Shown here one piece after another: positions 41,820 to 52,002 of a stretch of DNA of 64,000 nucleotides. The stretch is from an uncultured Gemmatimonadaceae bacterium. GTDB lineage: Bacteria > Gemmatimonadota > Gemmatimonadetes > Gemmatimonadales > Gemmatimonadaceae. Position numbers and translations under genes: made by a program. Position 1 is the first letter of the stretch, and every line of letters starts with the position of its first letter. The notes beneath the pieces are model-generated. The model saw only the letters and a list, made by a program, of their open reading frames with translations. It ran no database searches and had not been told where the DNA came from. The stretch lies in the NCBI GenBank assembly GCA_963829055.1, contig CAWHHI010000012.1, positions 352,001 to 416,000 on the forward strand, read 5' to 3'.

Positions 41820-43742
41820 TCAGCGGGCGCCGCCGGGGGGCCGAACAGCCTCCCCTTCGTCGATGATGTGCGGGGTGATCAGCACGAGCAGGTCGCGCTT
41901 CTCTTCGCGGCTGTCCGTCTGCGAGAACAGCTTGCCGATGAGCGGCAGCTGGCTGAGGATCGGAATGCCGGAGCGGTTGCGAACGACCTGGGTCTGCGTG
42001 AGACCGCCGATGACCGCGGTCTCGCCGTCGGCGACGAGGAGCTGGTTGTCGGCGCGGCTCTTGTCGAAGAAGAACCCGAGGTCACCACCGACGACGTTCA
42101 GCCGCGATTGCTCGGCGTGGACGGTCATGCGGATCTGGCGGTTGCTCGTGATGTGCGGGGTGACGCGGAGAATGATGCCGCTTTCCTTGAACTGCACGTT
42201 GGCGCGGGCGGTAACGCCGACCTGGCCGGCGCTTCCCGCGTCGATCACGCGGATCGGCGTTTCCTGACCGACGAGAATCTCCGCCATGCGATTGTCGAGC
42301 GTGACGATGCTCGGTTCGGCCTGGAGGTCAGCGAGGTTTTCCTCGTGCAGCGCGTCGAGGAACGACGTTAGGCTGTAATTGCCAATGGCTGTAGAGAACA
42401 GGAGACTGAGCGCGGATCCGACGCGGTACTTGCGGCTCGCGTTCGCGATGCCGGCGAGCGCCTCACCACCGAGCTGCACCTGGGACTCGAGGGTGGACGC
42501 CGGCTGGCCCGGGTACGAGTGCGGCGCGAGCGTGTTGAAGTAGGCAGCCGGGCTGGCGAGGTCGTAGCTGATACCGAGATTCTCGATCGACGTGCGGTTG
42601 ACCGAGATGATCTTGGCGCGCAGCGCCACCTGTGGCGTGCGGACATCGAGGTTCTTGATGTAGCTCATCAGGTCCGGCATCCGCGACGCAACCTCGGTGA
42701 CGAGGAGCGTGTTCGTCGATGTGTCGGCGACGACGCCGCCGCGGACGATGCACGTCGCAGCACCGACAACGTTCTGCTGGTTACCGCCACCCGCACCCGA
42801 CGCCGCGGTTGTGAGACCGGCCTTGGAGCAATCCTTCGAGAGAAGCGAGGCGATCGTCTGCACGAGCGACGACGCGCTCGCGTAATTGACCGCGACGAGC
42901 TGCGTAGTCAGCGGCTCGTTCGCTTCCTTGGCGAGAATGTTCGCGTAGCTATCCACCGAGATGATCCCGGTGTTCTCTTCCGACGCGGCGAGACCCTGCG
43001 CCTGCAGGATCGCCTGCAAGGCGACATCCCACGGCTGATCCTTGATCTCGGCGGTAACCGTGCCCTGAACGTCGCGGCCGATCACGATTGTGCGCTGCGA
43101 GAACGACGCGAACGCCGCGATCACGTCGCGGATGTCGGAGTTCTGATAGGTGACGGTGATACGCGGCTGCTGTGAGCGCTGCGGATTGAACGTCAGCTTC
43201 TCGCGCGCCGCGGCAGCCGCGGTCGTGCGCGCACCGTCGTTGCGCGTCTCGGCGGCCACGCTGCCCGCCGACGCGGCGGCGACCCGATCGCCGGCGTGCC
43301 AGGCGACGAACTTCTCGGCGCCGACGACGGCGATGCGAATCTCGTTGTCATGGCGCGTCACTTCATACTCACGGCTGGCGTCGAGCTCCAGCACGAGGCG
43401 GACGACGTCCGGCTTGTACTGGGCGAGCCTAACGTTGGTGATACCCGCGCGGGATATCTTGTCGTACATCTGCAGGGGCAGGCCCAGACGCGCGCCGGTC
43501 AGGTCGATCACGACGCGATCGGGACCCGTCAGCACGAAATCAGAGACGTCGACGGGACCACTAATGCCCACGACCACTTCAGCACGTCCCGAGGACGGCA
43601 CGATGCTCACGCCAGTGACGGCGTTGACGCCCTCACGAGCGCGGGCGGGTGCGGGGGCCGTGACGTGCGCGGCGCTCGCGCGGCCGGCGCTCCCGAGCAG
43701 GGCGGCGGCCGTCAGTGCGACCAGCGTACAGACTCGACTCAT
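41820..43742 (-). CDS. pilQ: Type IV pilus secretin with AMIN domain
   Basis: PDRVVIDL, DQPWDVAL, GIILRVTPHI, DGETAVIGGL, LLVLITPHI. Confidence 0.95.
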   Translation of the reverse strand: MSRVCTLVALTAAALLGSAGRASAAHVTAPAPARAREGVNAVTGVSIVPSSGRAEVVVGISGPVDVSDFVLTGPDRVVIDLTGARLGLPLQMYDKISRAGITNVRLAQYKPDVVRLVLELDASREYEVTRHDNEIRIAVVGAEKFVAWHAGDRVAAASAGSVAAETRNDGARTTAAAAAREKLTFNPQRSQQPRITVTYQNSDIRDVIAAFASFSQRTIVIGRDVQGTVTAEIKDQPWDVALQAILQAQGLAASEENTGIISVDSYANILAKEANEPLTTQLVAVNYASASSLVQTIASLLSKDCSKAGLTTAASGAGGGNQQNVVGAATCIVRGGVVADTSTNTLLVTEVASRMPDLMSYIKNLDVRTPQVALRAKIISVNRTSIENLGISYDLASPAAYFNTLAPHSYPGQPASTLESQVQLGGEALAGIANASRKYRVGSALSLLFSTAIGNYSLTSFLDALHEENLADLQAEPSIVTLDNRMAEILVGQETPIRVIDAGSAGQVGVTARANVQFKESGIILRVTPHITSNRQIRMTVHAEQSRLNVVGGDLGFFFDKSRADNQLLVADGETAVIGGLTQTQVVRNRSGIPILSQLPLIGKLFSQTDSREEKRDLLVLITPHIIDEGEAVRPPGGAR

Positions 43743-44408
43743 TTCGTCCTCGCTTGATTTGAATCATCCATCGCCAGCTCCTGCTGACGGCTGAAACCGA
43801 ATTCCTCGATCGTGAACGTCACCGCTTTCTGCGAGATGCGGGCGACGCGCATGCGGCCGATTTGTTGCCCAACTTTGATGCGGTATTGTTCGTGGCTCGT
43901 GACATCGCGAAGGATCGCCACCGAGTTACGACCGGCGGGATCGATCAGAATCCCGCTGATCGTCAGGTCGCTGATCATCGGGCGAAGCTCGCCGATGGTC
44001 ATGAGCGAGACGAAGGGGTCGCGACGACCGCTCTGCTCGTAGGCGTAGACTTCGCGACGCAGCACGACCCTGCCTGCGGTGTCCATCGGTGCGCTGGCGC
44101 GCGTTGCCGCGCCTGCCGCGCGTCGCCCGCACCCCGCGCGAGCGCGACGTGTCCGCGGGACTCTCGACCACGCGCTTGGCAGCGCTCGAGGAGGAGCCCC
44201 CGCGCACGTTCGCGCTCGCGGCAGACGCCGCGGCATTCGCGCTGTCGACGTTCGTCATCGCCAGCGTGTGCGTGTTGGTCTTCGCGACCGCCGAGTTGGT
44301 GGTCTGTTTGATCCGCGAAATGTTAGGCAGCGACTGCGCCTGGGTCGTCGCGACCGCGGTGGTCGAGACGATCGCGAGCGCACCGGCCAGAACGAGGCGA
44401 CGCATCAT
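43739..44408 (-). CDS. pilP: PilP-like protein (frameshift near 44200)
   Basis: YEQSGRRDPFVSL..ISGIL..YRIKVGQQIG; lies between pilO and pilQ. Confidence 0.7.
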
Positions 44409-45037
44409 GACTTACTCCCACCCGCCGGAGCGGGACGCGGGGCGGCGGTCTTCGCGACGTAGGTCTGCAGCTCAAACCGAGAGTCGAGGACCGAGTTGTT
44501 GTTCTTGAGGGCTTTCTTGCGCTGATCGGCCGCGGCACCACTGCCGAGCGGCGACAGCGCCAGGTTCACCGGCGCGACGATGCGCGTCAGCGAGCCGACG
44601 TTGGCGAGGAACTCGCCGAGCGCGTGGTAATCGCCAATGACGGCGACCTGATATCGATAGGTGTCGAACTGCTCTCCTTCGACCACCGGCTGCGGCTTCA
44701 CGGTGGCGAGGTCGAGGCCGACGCGACGCGCGGCCGTCGAGACCTGCTCGAGCAGCGCCGGCACTTCGTTGCTCGTCGGCACGAGCTGGCGCATCACTTC
44801 GAGATTCTCTTGCAGCTTCACCGCTTCGGCGCGCAGCTGGTCGACGTTGCCTTTCGCGAGCTCCGCCTTTGCCCGCTGGTTGTTCACATCGAGCGAATCA
44901 ACGTGCGCCTGCAGGCTGGCGAGGACGTCGGCCTTCGGCGAGAAGACGTATGCGTAGTACAGTCCGATCAGGGCGACGGCGACGATGACGAGAAGCACCA
45001 TCACCTGGTCGCGCTGATTCTTCGGGAGCAGGGCCAT
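44405..45037 (-). CDS. pilO: Type IV pilus protein PilO
   Basis: TM plus coiled coil; LVPTSNEVPALLEQV, GDYHALGEF. Confidence 0.92.
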   Translation of the reverse strand: MALLPKNQRDQVMVLLVIVAVALIGLYYAYVFSPKADVLASLQAHVDSLDVNNQRAKAELAKGNVDQLRAEAVKLQENLEVMRQLVPTSNEVPALLEQVSTAARRVGLDLATVKPQPVVEGEQFDTYRYQVAVIGDYHALGEFLANVGSLTRIVAPVNLALSPLGSGAAADQRKKALKNNNSVLDSRFELQTYVAKTAAPRPAPAGGSKS

Positions 45038-45046
45038 GGTAGCCTC

Positions 45047-45772
45047 TTACTTGGACGACAGGGTAACGGGGACGGTCGCAATCGCCGACGCGTCAGGACG
45101 CTCGTACTCGGCCTCGAGGAGGAACTCCTGCACTTCCTTGCCTTCGAGGGTCACCAGTTCGGCCTTCGCGATCGTGACGTTCTTCACGAACGGCGAGGAC
45201 TCGAGCAGCTTCATGAAGCGCGTGAGCGCCTGGATATCGACCGTGTTGCCGGAGATCTGGAACTTCAGCGTCGCCGGAGCAGGCGGCGGAGGCGGAACGG
45301 GCTTGCCCTTGCCGTCCTTCGCCGGAGCCGGTGCAGGTGTGGGCGTCGCGGCCGCGACCATCGCGCTCTGCGCGATGGTCTTGAGCCACGTGTACGGCGG
45401 CAGCGAGCGGCTCACCTCGTCCATGATGTGCGCCCACACGAAGCGGTCGTTGTCGATGCTCTTGATGATCTCGAGCTGGCGACGAACCGAGTCCCGTTGC
45501 GACTCGGCGCGATTGCGCTCGCGGAGCACGGCGACGTAGCGGGTCGAGTCCTGCACCGAGCGACGCTCTCGCTCGGTGAGCTCCTCGGCGCGACCGGCCT
45601 GCGACAGATGCAGGGCGCCGATGGCGCCGACGGCGGCGATGATGCTCACCGCTGCCGCGATCATGAATGGGTCCTTGACGCGCGCCCCCGCCTTACCAGC
45701 GATGGCGGTGAGGCTGAAGCCGGTGGAGCGGTTTTTCTTACCGCTACCCGGCAGAAGATTGATCTCGATCAT
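45047..45772 (-). CDS. pilN: Type IV pilus protein PilN
   Basis: MIEINLLP; LPPYTWL; FMKLLESSPF. Confidence 0.92.
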   Translation of the reverse strand: MIEINLLPGSGKKNRSTGFSLTAIAGKAGARVKDPFMIAAAVSIIAAVGAIGALHLSQAGRAEELTERERRSVQDSTRYVAVLRERNRAESQRDSVRRQLEIIKSIDNDRFVWAHIMDEVSRSLPPYTWLKTIAQSAMVAAATPTPAPAPAKDGKGKPVPPPPPAPATLKFQISGNTVDIQALTRFMKLLESSPFVKNVTIAKAELVTLEGKEVQEFLLEAEYERPDASAIATVPVTLSSK

Positions 45773-45795
45773 CGGAGTTCGGTCGCGGTGAAGGA

Positions 45796-46839
45796 CTAGG
45801 CGGCCTGACGAAGCGCGAGCCCGATCGGGAGCATGAGCAGCGGTGCCACTTCGTCGGTCACGAGCGAATCCAGCGCGCCTTCGCGCACCTTGAGGTTCGC
45901 GAGCGGGTTGGCCTGCTCGACGCGCACACGCAAGCGGTTGGCGAGCGCCTCGGTGAGTCCGGGCACGCGGGCGCCGCCACCGCACGTATAGACCGCACGC
46001 ATCTGATTGCCCGACCGTGAAGAGGACGCGAGGAACGCGGCGGCGCGCTCGATGCCAACAGCGATCTCTTCGCCGCGGCTCTCGATCACCGCGTCCAGGT
46101 GCGGCGACCGGTCGTAGCCCTGGAGCAACAGCTCGGCCTCTTCGGCGCCCAGTCCACGCTCACGCTGCAGATCCTCGCGGAAGCGGCGCGTGCCCACCGT
46201 GATGTCACGGGTGAGGATCGGTACGCCATCGTCGAGAATGTTGATGTTCGTGACTTCGTGTCCGATGTTGATCAGGCCGACGACGCCGTTCATCGCGTCG
46301 GGGTGGTTGAGCTCGAACGCGTTATGCAGCGCGAACGCATCGACGTCGACGACGGTCGGCGTTAGGCCGGCATCCGTCAGGAGGTGCATCTTCGACTCGA
46401 TGAGGTCGCGCTTGGCGGCCACGAGGAGGACGCTCATCTCCATGCCGTCGCCATCGGGATCGAGGATCTGGAAGTCCAGCTCCACCGACTCCATGTCGAA
46501 CGGAACGTGCTGCTCGGCCTCCCAGCGCATCAGCTCGCGGGCCTGGCTCTCGCGCACGCGCTCGATCTGGATCTTCTTGATGATCACGTCGCGGCCGCCG
46601 ACGGCGGTCACGATCTCTTTCGACTTGATGCCGGCCGCCTCGATGGCGTTCCGCACGGCCTCGGTCACGATGCCCGGGTCCATGACTTCGCCCTCGACGA
46701 TCGCGTCGGCGAGCAGCGGCATGATGGCCACCTTGGTCAGCTCGGGCTCACCGCGCGAGTGATCGATGACCGCGACCTTGATGAGGCCGGAGCCAATGTC
46801 GAGGCCGATCGTTGTCTTCTTGCGTCCGAAGAGCGCCAT
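45796..46839 (-). CDS. pilM: Type IV pilus protein PilM
   Basis: IGLDIGS, EAEQHVPF, LLVAAKR, CGGGA, GLALR. Confidence 0.95.
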   Translation of the reverse strand: MALFGRKKTTIGLDIGSGLIKVAVIDHSRGEPELTKVAIMPLLADAIVEGEVMDPGIVTEAVRNAIEAAGIKSKEIVTAVGGRDVIIKKIQIERVRESQARELMRWEAEQHVPFDMESVELDFQILDPDGDGMEMSVLLVAAKRDLIESKMHLLTDAGLTPTVVDVDAFALHNAFELNHPDAMNGVVGLINIGHEVTNINILDDGVPILTRDITVGTRRFREDLQRERGLGAEEAELLLQGYDRSPHLDAVIESRGEEIAVGIERAAAFLASSSRSGNQMRAVYTCGGGARVPGLTEALANRLRVRVEQANPLANLKVREGALDSLVTDEVAPLLMLPIGLALRQAA

Positions 46840-47330
46840 AGCGAGGGTGCCGAGTCGAGGTGGATCGTGCGACGCCGACGAAGGCGCCGTGCTGTCGTTG
46901 CCATCGCCCTGCATGCGCCGCGGACTGACCGATCGTTCCGCTCCGCGCATCGCCGGACCAGCCTAACGTGACACAGTCGCCCGGGCGAGCTACACCACGG
47001 CAACCGATGACAAGAGGCATTTTGACCACAGGCCCGGTCGAATCTGCCAACAACACGATTGCGCGTTGCCGCTGGTAACAGCGTGTGACGCCACACGTTC
47101 GGACGTGCATCGTTGTGTGTTGAGAGTCACGCTAACAGCGTGGGAATAACCACGCGTGAAGGGTTTTCCCGGGAGAAGTACACCCATACCTCTCACGACG
47201 ACGCACGCGCCTCACGCGGTACCGTCGCGCGGCGATGTGACGCACGGCACCACGCACCGTCCGACTCGACACCCGGCATCACAGCGCCGTCGTTATGCAA
47301 GCACGTCGTGACGGCGCGCGACATGACGCG

Positions 47331-48497
47331 TCAGCGCAACTCTACCCACCAACGCTCGGGTGTGCGCGTGAGCCGCGACGTTCCAAGCACGGCACGGCTC
47401 ACCGCACAGCTCGCGAAGCGAATCGTGCCACCGTCCGCGATACGCGAGCCACCGGCTCGATCGCCATCCTGCGCGAACGCAATGCCGACGATCTCTGCGC
47501 CGGTGCCGGCGACGACGATGTCATCGCCAACGATGACCACGCCGACGAAACGCGCACCGGCTTCGACGCGAAGACTGCCATCAACGAGCAGAATTCCCTG
47601 CCCTACCGAGCCAGCGGCCAGGACGAGCGAACCTCGGACGTGCACGAGCGCGTAATAGTCGGCGCACGCGCCCGCGCGCCCCGGGTCGCCCCAGTTGAGC
47701 GGATCCGCGCGATCACACTGGCTTGCACGAACTGACGGGCGAGGCGCTAGTGTCCCGCCGGGCAAATCGATCGACGCGCGATCGGCAAGCGCCGCAGCTG
47801 CGTCAATGCCACCGGACGCCCCGGTGGAATCATTCGTTAGGCCCGTTGCTAAGACGACTGGCGGGGTACCGGTCACACCGGCCGGGGGAACACCAGAGCA
47901 TTGTGCACCGCACACGAGCGTCGTGTCAGGCACCGCAACGCCCGCCACACTCGACGCAGCGCCTTCGTTGCAGAGACCGCCTGGCGCGGCCGTCGTGGTG
48001 TCGATGCCCTCTATGACTCCACCGTCGACGGTCACCACTCCGCCGGCGGTCAGCGTCGCACGGAGTGGAATCCTCGCGTTAACGAGGCTTAGCGATGCGG
48101 CAATGGTGTGACGAGTCGGAATGCCACGGCCATCGCTGGCGTAAGCGCCGTACGCGGTGATCAGAAATCCGCTGCGTTGCACGCGTGTGGCGGTGACAAC
48201 GACCCGATCACCCATCGTCGCAACGCCATCGTCCGCGGTGTCGCCCACGAACTCGGACGCACCGATGGCCAGCGAGGTATTGCGCCGAGGATCCCAGGCT
48301 GCGATCGCGCGCTCGAGAGCCCATTCCGCCGTGGCCATGGCGCGCTGGTCAGCGAGGTCGGTTCGGCCGGCCCGCAGCTCCTCAGTCGAGACGAACAGTG
48401 CGCCGGCGACGAGCGCCGACAGCAGCACGAGCGCCATGATTGCCGCCGGGAGCGCGAAGCCGCCACGGTCTGCGTGCGCCATGCGAGTTGAGCTCAT
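47331..48497 (-). CDS. PilX-like minor pilin
   Basis: RGGFAL prepilin leader lacking Glu5; GQGILLVDG C-terminal region. Confidence 0.75.
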   Translation of the reverse strand: MSSTRMAHADRGGFALPAAIMALVLLSALVAGALFVSTEELRAGRTDLADQRAMATAEWALERAIAAWDPRRNTSLAIGASEFVGDTADDGVATMGDRVVVTATRVQRSGFLITAYGAYASDGRGIPTRHTIAASLSLVNARIPLRATLTAGGVVTVDGGVIEGIDTTTAAPGGLCNEGAASSVAGVAVPDTTLVCGAQCSGVPPAGVTGTPPVVLATGLTNDSTGASGGIDAAAALADRASIDLPGGTLAPRPSVRASQCDRADPLNWGDPGRAGACADYYALVHVRGSLVLAAGSVGQGILLVDGSLRVEAGARFVGVVIVGDDIVVAGTGAEIVGIAFAQDGDRAGGSRIADGGTIRFASCAVSRAVLGTSRLTRTPERWWVELR

Positions 48498-49414
48498 CGG
48501 TTTCTCACGCGCACGGTGACGGTCTGCGAGTCGGTGTACGCACGCGAGCTTCCTGACATGCCAGCGCCAGGCGTACCACGCACGACGATCTCGATACGCG
48601 CGATGCGCGCGGCATCGGCGGCCGACGAAACCAGGCCGCCCGAGTCATCGAAATAGCGTAGCGAAAGCCCGCTTCCCCCACGGCGAGAATAGGCGGAATA
48701 CGGCCCGCTGACGGGCTGCACCACTCCGAAAGCGGTACCATCCCATTCCGAGTAGCCGAGGAACCAGTCGTTCGTGCTGGCGCGGTAGAAGCGGTAGCGG
48801 ACGCGGCGCAATACGCGCACGAACGCACCGGGACCAACCGACGGCGGAATGCGCGTGCCGGCCGTAAATCGCAGCTGGAGGCGCGCTGCCGGAGTCGAGC
48901 CCGTAGGGTCGATCAGCGGTGACGTGGCGCACACGTCCATGCGAGTCGCCGCGCTCGCGACGTCCAGTCGCGTCCACCCAGTGGTTGATGAATCGCGCGG
49001 TGAGTCGGCCGACGCGTCCGAGTCATACACGAGCGCGATGTCGCCGGATTGCGGGGTGGTGGCGAACGCCGTGAGACGTTGCGCGCTCGCGGCCTGGGCC
49101 GGCACGAGGTCGATCGCTCCGCCGCCGGCCACGGTATCACACGCTACCGCGGCGCCGATGGTCGCGCGGACCTCGAGCGCGGAGTCCGAGAAGGCGAGCA
49201 CGTCACCGGCGGTTGGCGAGAGCGCGCGCAGCTCACCGGGCAGGATGCCCGTTGCATCTCGGAGGGAGACGCGCTGCTCGACGAGAGACGCCGCGTTCGT
49301 GAAGAAGCGCTGCTGGCGCCGCAGCACGCCGCCGATGGCCGCGGCGACGATGCCGCCCAGCACCATCACGATGAGGAGCTCGATCGTGGAGAACCCCGCG
49401 CGTGTCACTCGCAT
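48494..49414 (-). CDS. PilW-like minor pilin
   Basis: AGFSTIELLIVM prepilin motif; C-terminal VRVRN. Confidence 0.8.
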   Translation of the reverse strand: MRVTRAGFSTIELLIVMVLGGIVAAAIGGVLRRQQRFFTNAASLVEQRVSLRDATGILPGELRALSPTAGDVLAFSDSALEVRATIGAAVACDTVAGGGAIDLVPAQAASAQRLTAFATTPQSGDIALVYDSDASADSPRDSSTTGWTRLDVASAATRMDVCATSPLIDPTGSTPAARLQLRFTAGTRIPPSVGPGAFVRVLRRVRYRFYRASTNDWFLGYSEWDGTAFGVVQPVSGPYSAYSRRGGSGLSLRYFDDSGGLVSSAADAARIARIEIVVRGTPGAGMSGSSRAYTDSQTVTVRVRNR

Positions 49415-49743
49415 GGCACGAGCGCGCGATAGGCGTCTCGCCGAGCTCCCCGTCGGAGCGCCGAGCCGACGCTCAGGTCGACGCGTGCCGCGGCCGAGTC
49501 GCGCGCGACGGTCCACCGCAGCGTCGTGCGATCACGCGCGACCGAGCTGCTCGTTAGGCTCGCGCAGGGCGTCGCGGTGAGCGAATCGAGAATGGAGCGG
49601 GCGAGGTGGGCGGTGCTCGTGAGCTGCCCGCCCTCTCCGACCTGTGACGCGACCAGACCGGCCGTCGCGGCGAGCGCGAGCACGCCGACGGTCAGGACGA
49701 CGATGGCGACGAGGAGCTCGATGATGGTGAACGCTGGGCGCAT
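49405..49743 (-). CDS. PilV-like minor pilin
   Basis: AFTIIELLVAIVVLTVGVLALA. Confidence 0.8.
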   Translation of the reverse strand: MRPAFTIIELLVAIVVLTVGVLALAATAGLVASQVGEGGQLTSTAHLARSILDSLTATPCASLTSSSVARDRTTLRWTVARDSAAARVDLSVGSALRRGARRDAYRALVPCE

Positions 49744-49871
49744 GCCGACCAAGATGGGCGGCATGCCTCGGGTGTCGGCATCGTTCGCGCTCCGTTGTCA
49801 TCGTTTTCCTCCGCGTCGCGCCTCGTTATGCGCGAGCTGCCGCGGTCCCAGTAGGCGACCTACGGGATGCA

Positions 49872-49904
49872 AGAAGGGCGGTGGCCAGAGGCCACCGCCC
49901 TTCT
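49872..49904 (-). terminator. Hairpin after the downstream major pilin
   Basis: agaagggcggtggcc/ggccaccgcccttct perfect stem. Confidence 0.65.
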
Positions 49905-49934
49905 CCTGCACCGCTGGGAAACCGCTCAGGCGCG

Positions 49935-50339
49935 TTAGTTACACTTCGGCTCCGCCTCGACGGTCGCGGGACCGACCGCGGCGACGCCGATGAAGATCGA
50001 GCAGGTGCGGGTCGTCGCGCTGTGCGCCGCCGTGGCGCTCCAGCCCGAGCCGCCCGTCGCCACCGCGGCCACTGCCACGCCCGCCGACGGGACGAACCCG
50101 GCCAGCGACGTCGTGGTCCCGGCCTGATTGGAGCCGCTGCCGGTCGTGTAGACCTGGAAGTCGGAGAAGTAGCCTTCCTGCACCGTCGCCATGTTGCGGA
50201 GGTCGGACTTCATCGACGCCAGGTACGCCTTCTCCTTCGTGTTCGCGAACTTCGGGATCGCGATCGCGGCGAGAATACCGATGATCACGACGACGATCAG
50301 GAGCTCGATCAGGGTGAAGCCCTTTCGATTAGTACGCAT
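49935..50339 (-). CDS. pilA: Type IVa major pilin, copy 2
   Basis: KGFTLIELLIVVVIIGILAAIAIPKF; C-terminal Cys pair. Confidence 0.95.
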   Translation of the reverse strand: MRTNRKGFTLIELLIVVVIIGILAAIAIPKFANTKEKAYLASMKSDLRNMATVQEGYFSDFQVYTTGSGSNQAGTTTSLAGFVPSAGVAVAAVATGGSGWSATAAHSATTRTCSIFIGVAAVGPATVEAEPKCN

Positions 50340-50401
50340 AGACGGTGTCTTCCTTAGGTAGCGAGGTCGTACGAGGTGCGCCGCCGCAGCGGGGCGAGAT
50401 C

Positions 50402-50432
50402 GGCGGGGGTCGCCGTTAGGCGGCCCCCCGCC
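50402..50432 (-). terminator. Hairpin between the two pilin genes
   Basis: ggcgggggtcgcc-gtta-ggcggccccccgcc. Confidence 0.55.
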
Positions 50433-50446
50433 AGTACAGCAAGAGC

Positions 50447-50854
50447 TTAGTTACACTTCGGTTCAGCTTCGACGGTCGCGGGACCGACCGCGGCGACGCC
50501 GATGAAGATCGAGCAGGTGCGGGTCGTCGCGCTGTGCGCCGCCGTGGCGCTCCAGCCCGAGCCGCCCGTCGCCACCGCGGCCACTGCCACGCCCGCCGAC
50601 GGGACGAACCCGGCCAGCGACGCGGTGGTGCCGGCTTGGTTCTTCCCGCTGCCGGTCGTGTAGACCTGGAAGTCGGAGAAGTAGCCTTCCTGCACCGTCG
50701 CCATGTTGCGGAGGTCGGACTTCATCGACGCGAGGTACGCCTTCTCCTTCGTGTTCGCGAACTTCGGGATCGCGATCGCGGCGAGAATACCGATGATCAC
50801 GACGACGATCAGAAGTTCGATCAGGGTGAAGCCCTTGCGAGTGGTGTTGCGCAT
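50447..50854 (-). CDS. pilA: Type IVa major pilin, copy 1
   Basis: Same motif; mature protein differs from copy 2 at two residues. Confidence 0.95.
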   Translation of the reverse strand: MRNTTRKGFTLIELLIVVVIIGILAAIAIPKFANTKEKAYLASMKSDLRNMATVQEGYFSDFQVYTTGSGKNQAGTTASLAGFVPSAGVAVAAVATGGSGWSATAAHSATTRTCSIFIGVAAVGPATVEAEPKCN

Positions 50855-50932
50855 GCGTGTTACTCTCCGAATGCCTGAGGGGGTCTCAACGTGCGTCTGA
50901 CGTTGCAGTGCACGATTCACGGTCGAGGGTAA

Positions 50933-50949
50933 GGCAACGCGCGGACCAA
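50933..50949 (-). promoter_or_regulatory. Sigma-54 promoter of pilA
   Basis: TTGGTCCGCGCGTTGCC gives GG-N10-GC spacing about 80 nt upstream of pilA; pilR is nearby. Confidence 0.65.
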
Positions 50950-51198
50950 CGGCTCTGGACGCACGTTCAGCGTTTACCGGCAACGACTTGGGCGAATAGT
51001 GCGGTACGTCGCAACGCTAAAAACGGGGAGTGTTTTGCGCTCTCTCTTGCAGTCTGCCACGGCAATCACCGTCTCCCCTTTCCGGCCAGACCGCCTCAGC
51101 GCGAGCGTGGCCAATTCGCCAGTACTACGCCGCGCGCCTCGAGGGAAAGACGCATTCCGAAAACCGCGGTAACCACTGCATGCATAACGCGATGCGCA

Positions 51199-52002
51199 TC
51201 ACGGAGCGAACACGTTGTATCGCACGATGTGCCAGAACGCCGCAACACCATCCTTCCATCCGATCTTCTTCCCCTCGGCGTAGGTGCGCCCGGAGTACGA
51301 GATCGGCACCTCGTAAATGCGAGTTTTCGCCTGTGCGAGTCTCGCCGTCACCTCGGGCTCGAAGCCGAAGCGATCAGACGTCAGGACGAGCTCCCGCGCG
51401 ACCTCACCACGGATCGCCTTGTAGCACGTCTCCATGTCGGTGAGGTTGAGGTTCGTGAACATGTTGCTCAACAACGTGAGCATCTTGTTCCCGACCGAGT
51501 GCCAGAAGTACAGCACGCGATGCGGTCCGCTCAGAAAGCGTGAGCCGAACACCGCGTCGGCGAGTCCCGAGATGATCGGCTCGAGCAGCGCCGGCCAGTC
51601 GGCGGGATCGTACTCGAGATCTGCGTCCTGCACGATCACGACGTTCCCGGTGCTCGCCGCCAAGGCTGTGCGGATCGCGGCGCCCTTCCCCATGTTGCGC
51701 GGCTGGTGGATGAGGCGATGAATCCGGCCGTCAGCGTACAGGCGATCGAGAATCTCCTTCGTGCCGTCCGTCGAGAAGTCGTTGACGCAGATGATCTCTT
51801 TCCGAACCGGCACCGCGTGCACCTGGTTGAGAATGAGCTCGATCGTGTTGCGCTCGTTGTAGACCGGGATGAGCACGGACAGTACGAGCGAGTCGCGATC
51901 GATGGGCGTGCGGCCGCGCATGCGCGGCGTGGATCCTGGGACGGCGGTTTCCGGCGCACGCACGACCGGTTCGGTCGGGGTCAGTCTTCGGGTCGAGGTC
52001 AT
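51199..52002 (-). CDS. GT2 glycosyltransferase (polyprenol-phosphate sugar synthase-like)
   Basis: IPVYNE, NDFSTDGT, NMGKGAA, QDADLEYDP, TDMETCYK, FGFEPE. Confidence 0.92.
   Translation of the reverse strand: MTSTRRLTPTEPVVRAPETAVPGSTPRMRGRTPIDRDSLVLSVLIPVYNERNTIELILNQVHAVPVRKEIICVNDFSTDGTKEILDRLYADGRIHRLIHQPRNMGKGAAIRTALAASTGNVVIVQDADLEYDPADWPALLEPIISGLADAVFGSRFLSGPHRVLYFWHSVGNKMLTLLSNMFTNLNLTDMETCYKAIRGEVARELVLTSDRFGFEPEVTARLAQAKTRIYEVPISYSGRTYAEGKKIGWKDGVAAFWHIVRYNVFAP

Noticed and set aside
49935..50854. Electrically conductive pilin
   Set aside because: N-terminal aromatics resemble Geobacter PilA, but Y27 is absent, overall aromatic content is modest, and the criterion itself is disputed.
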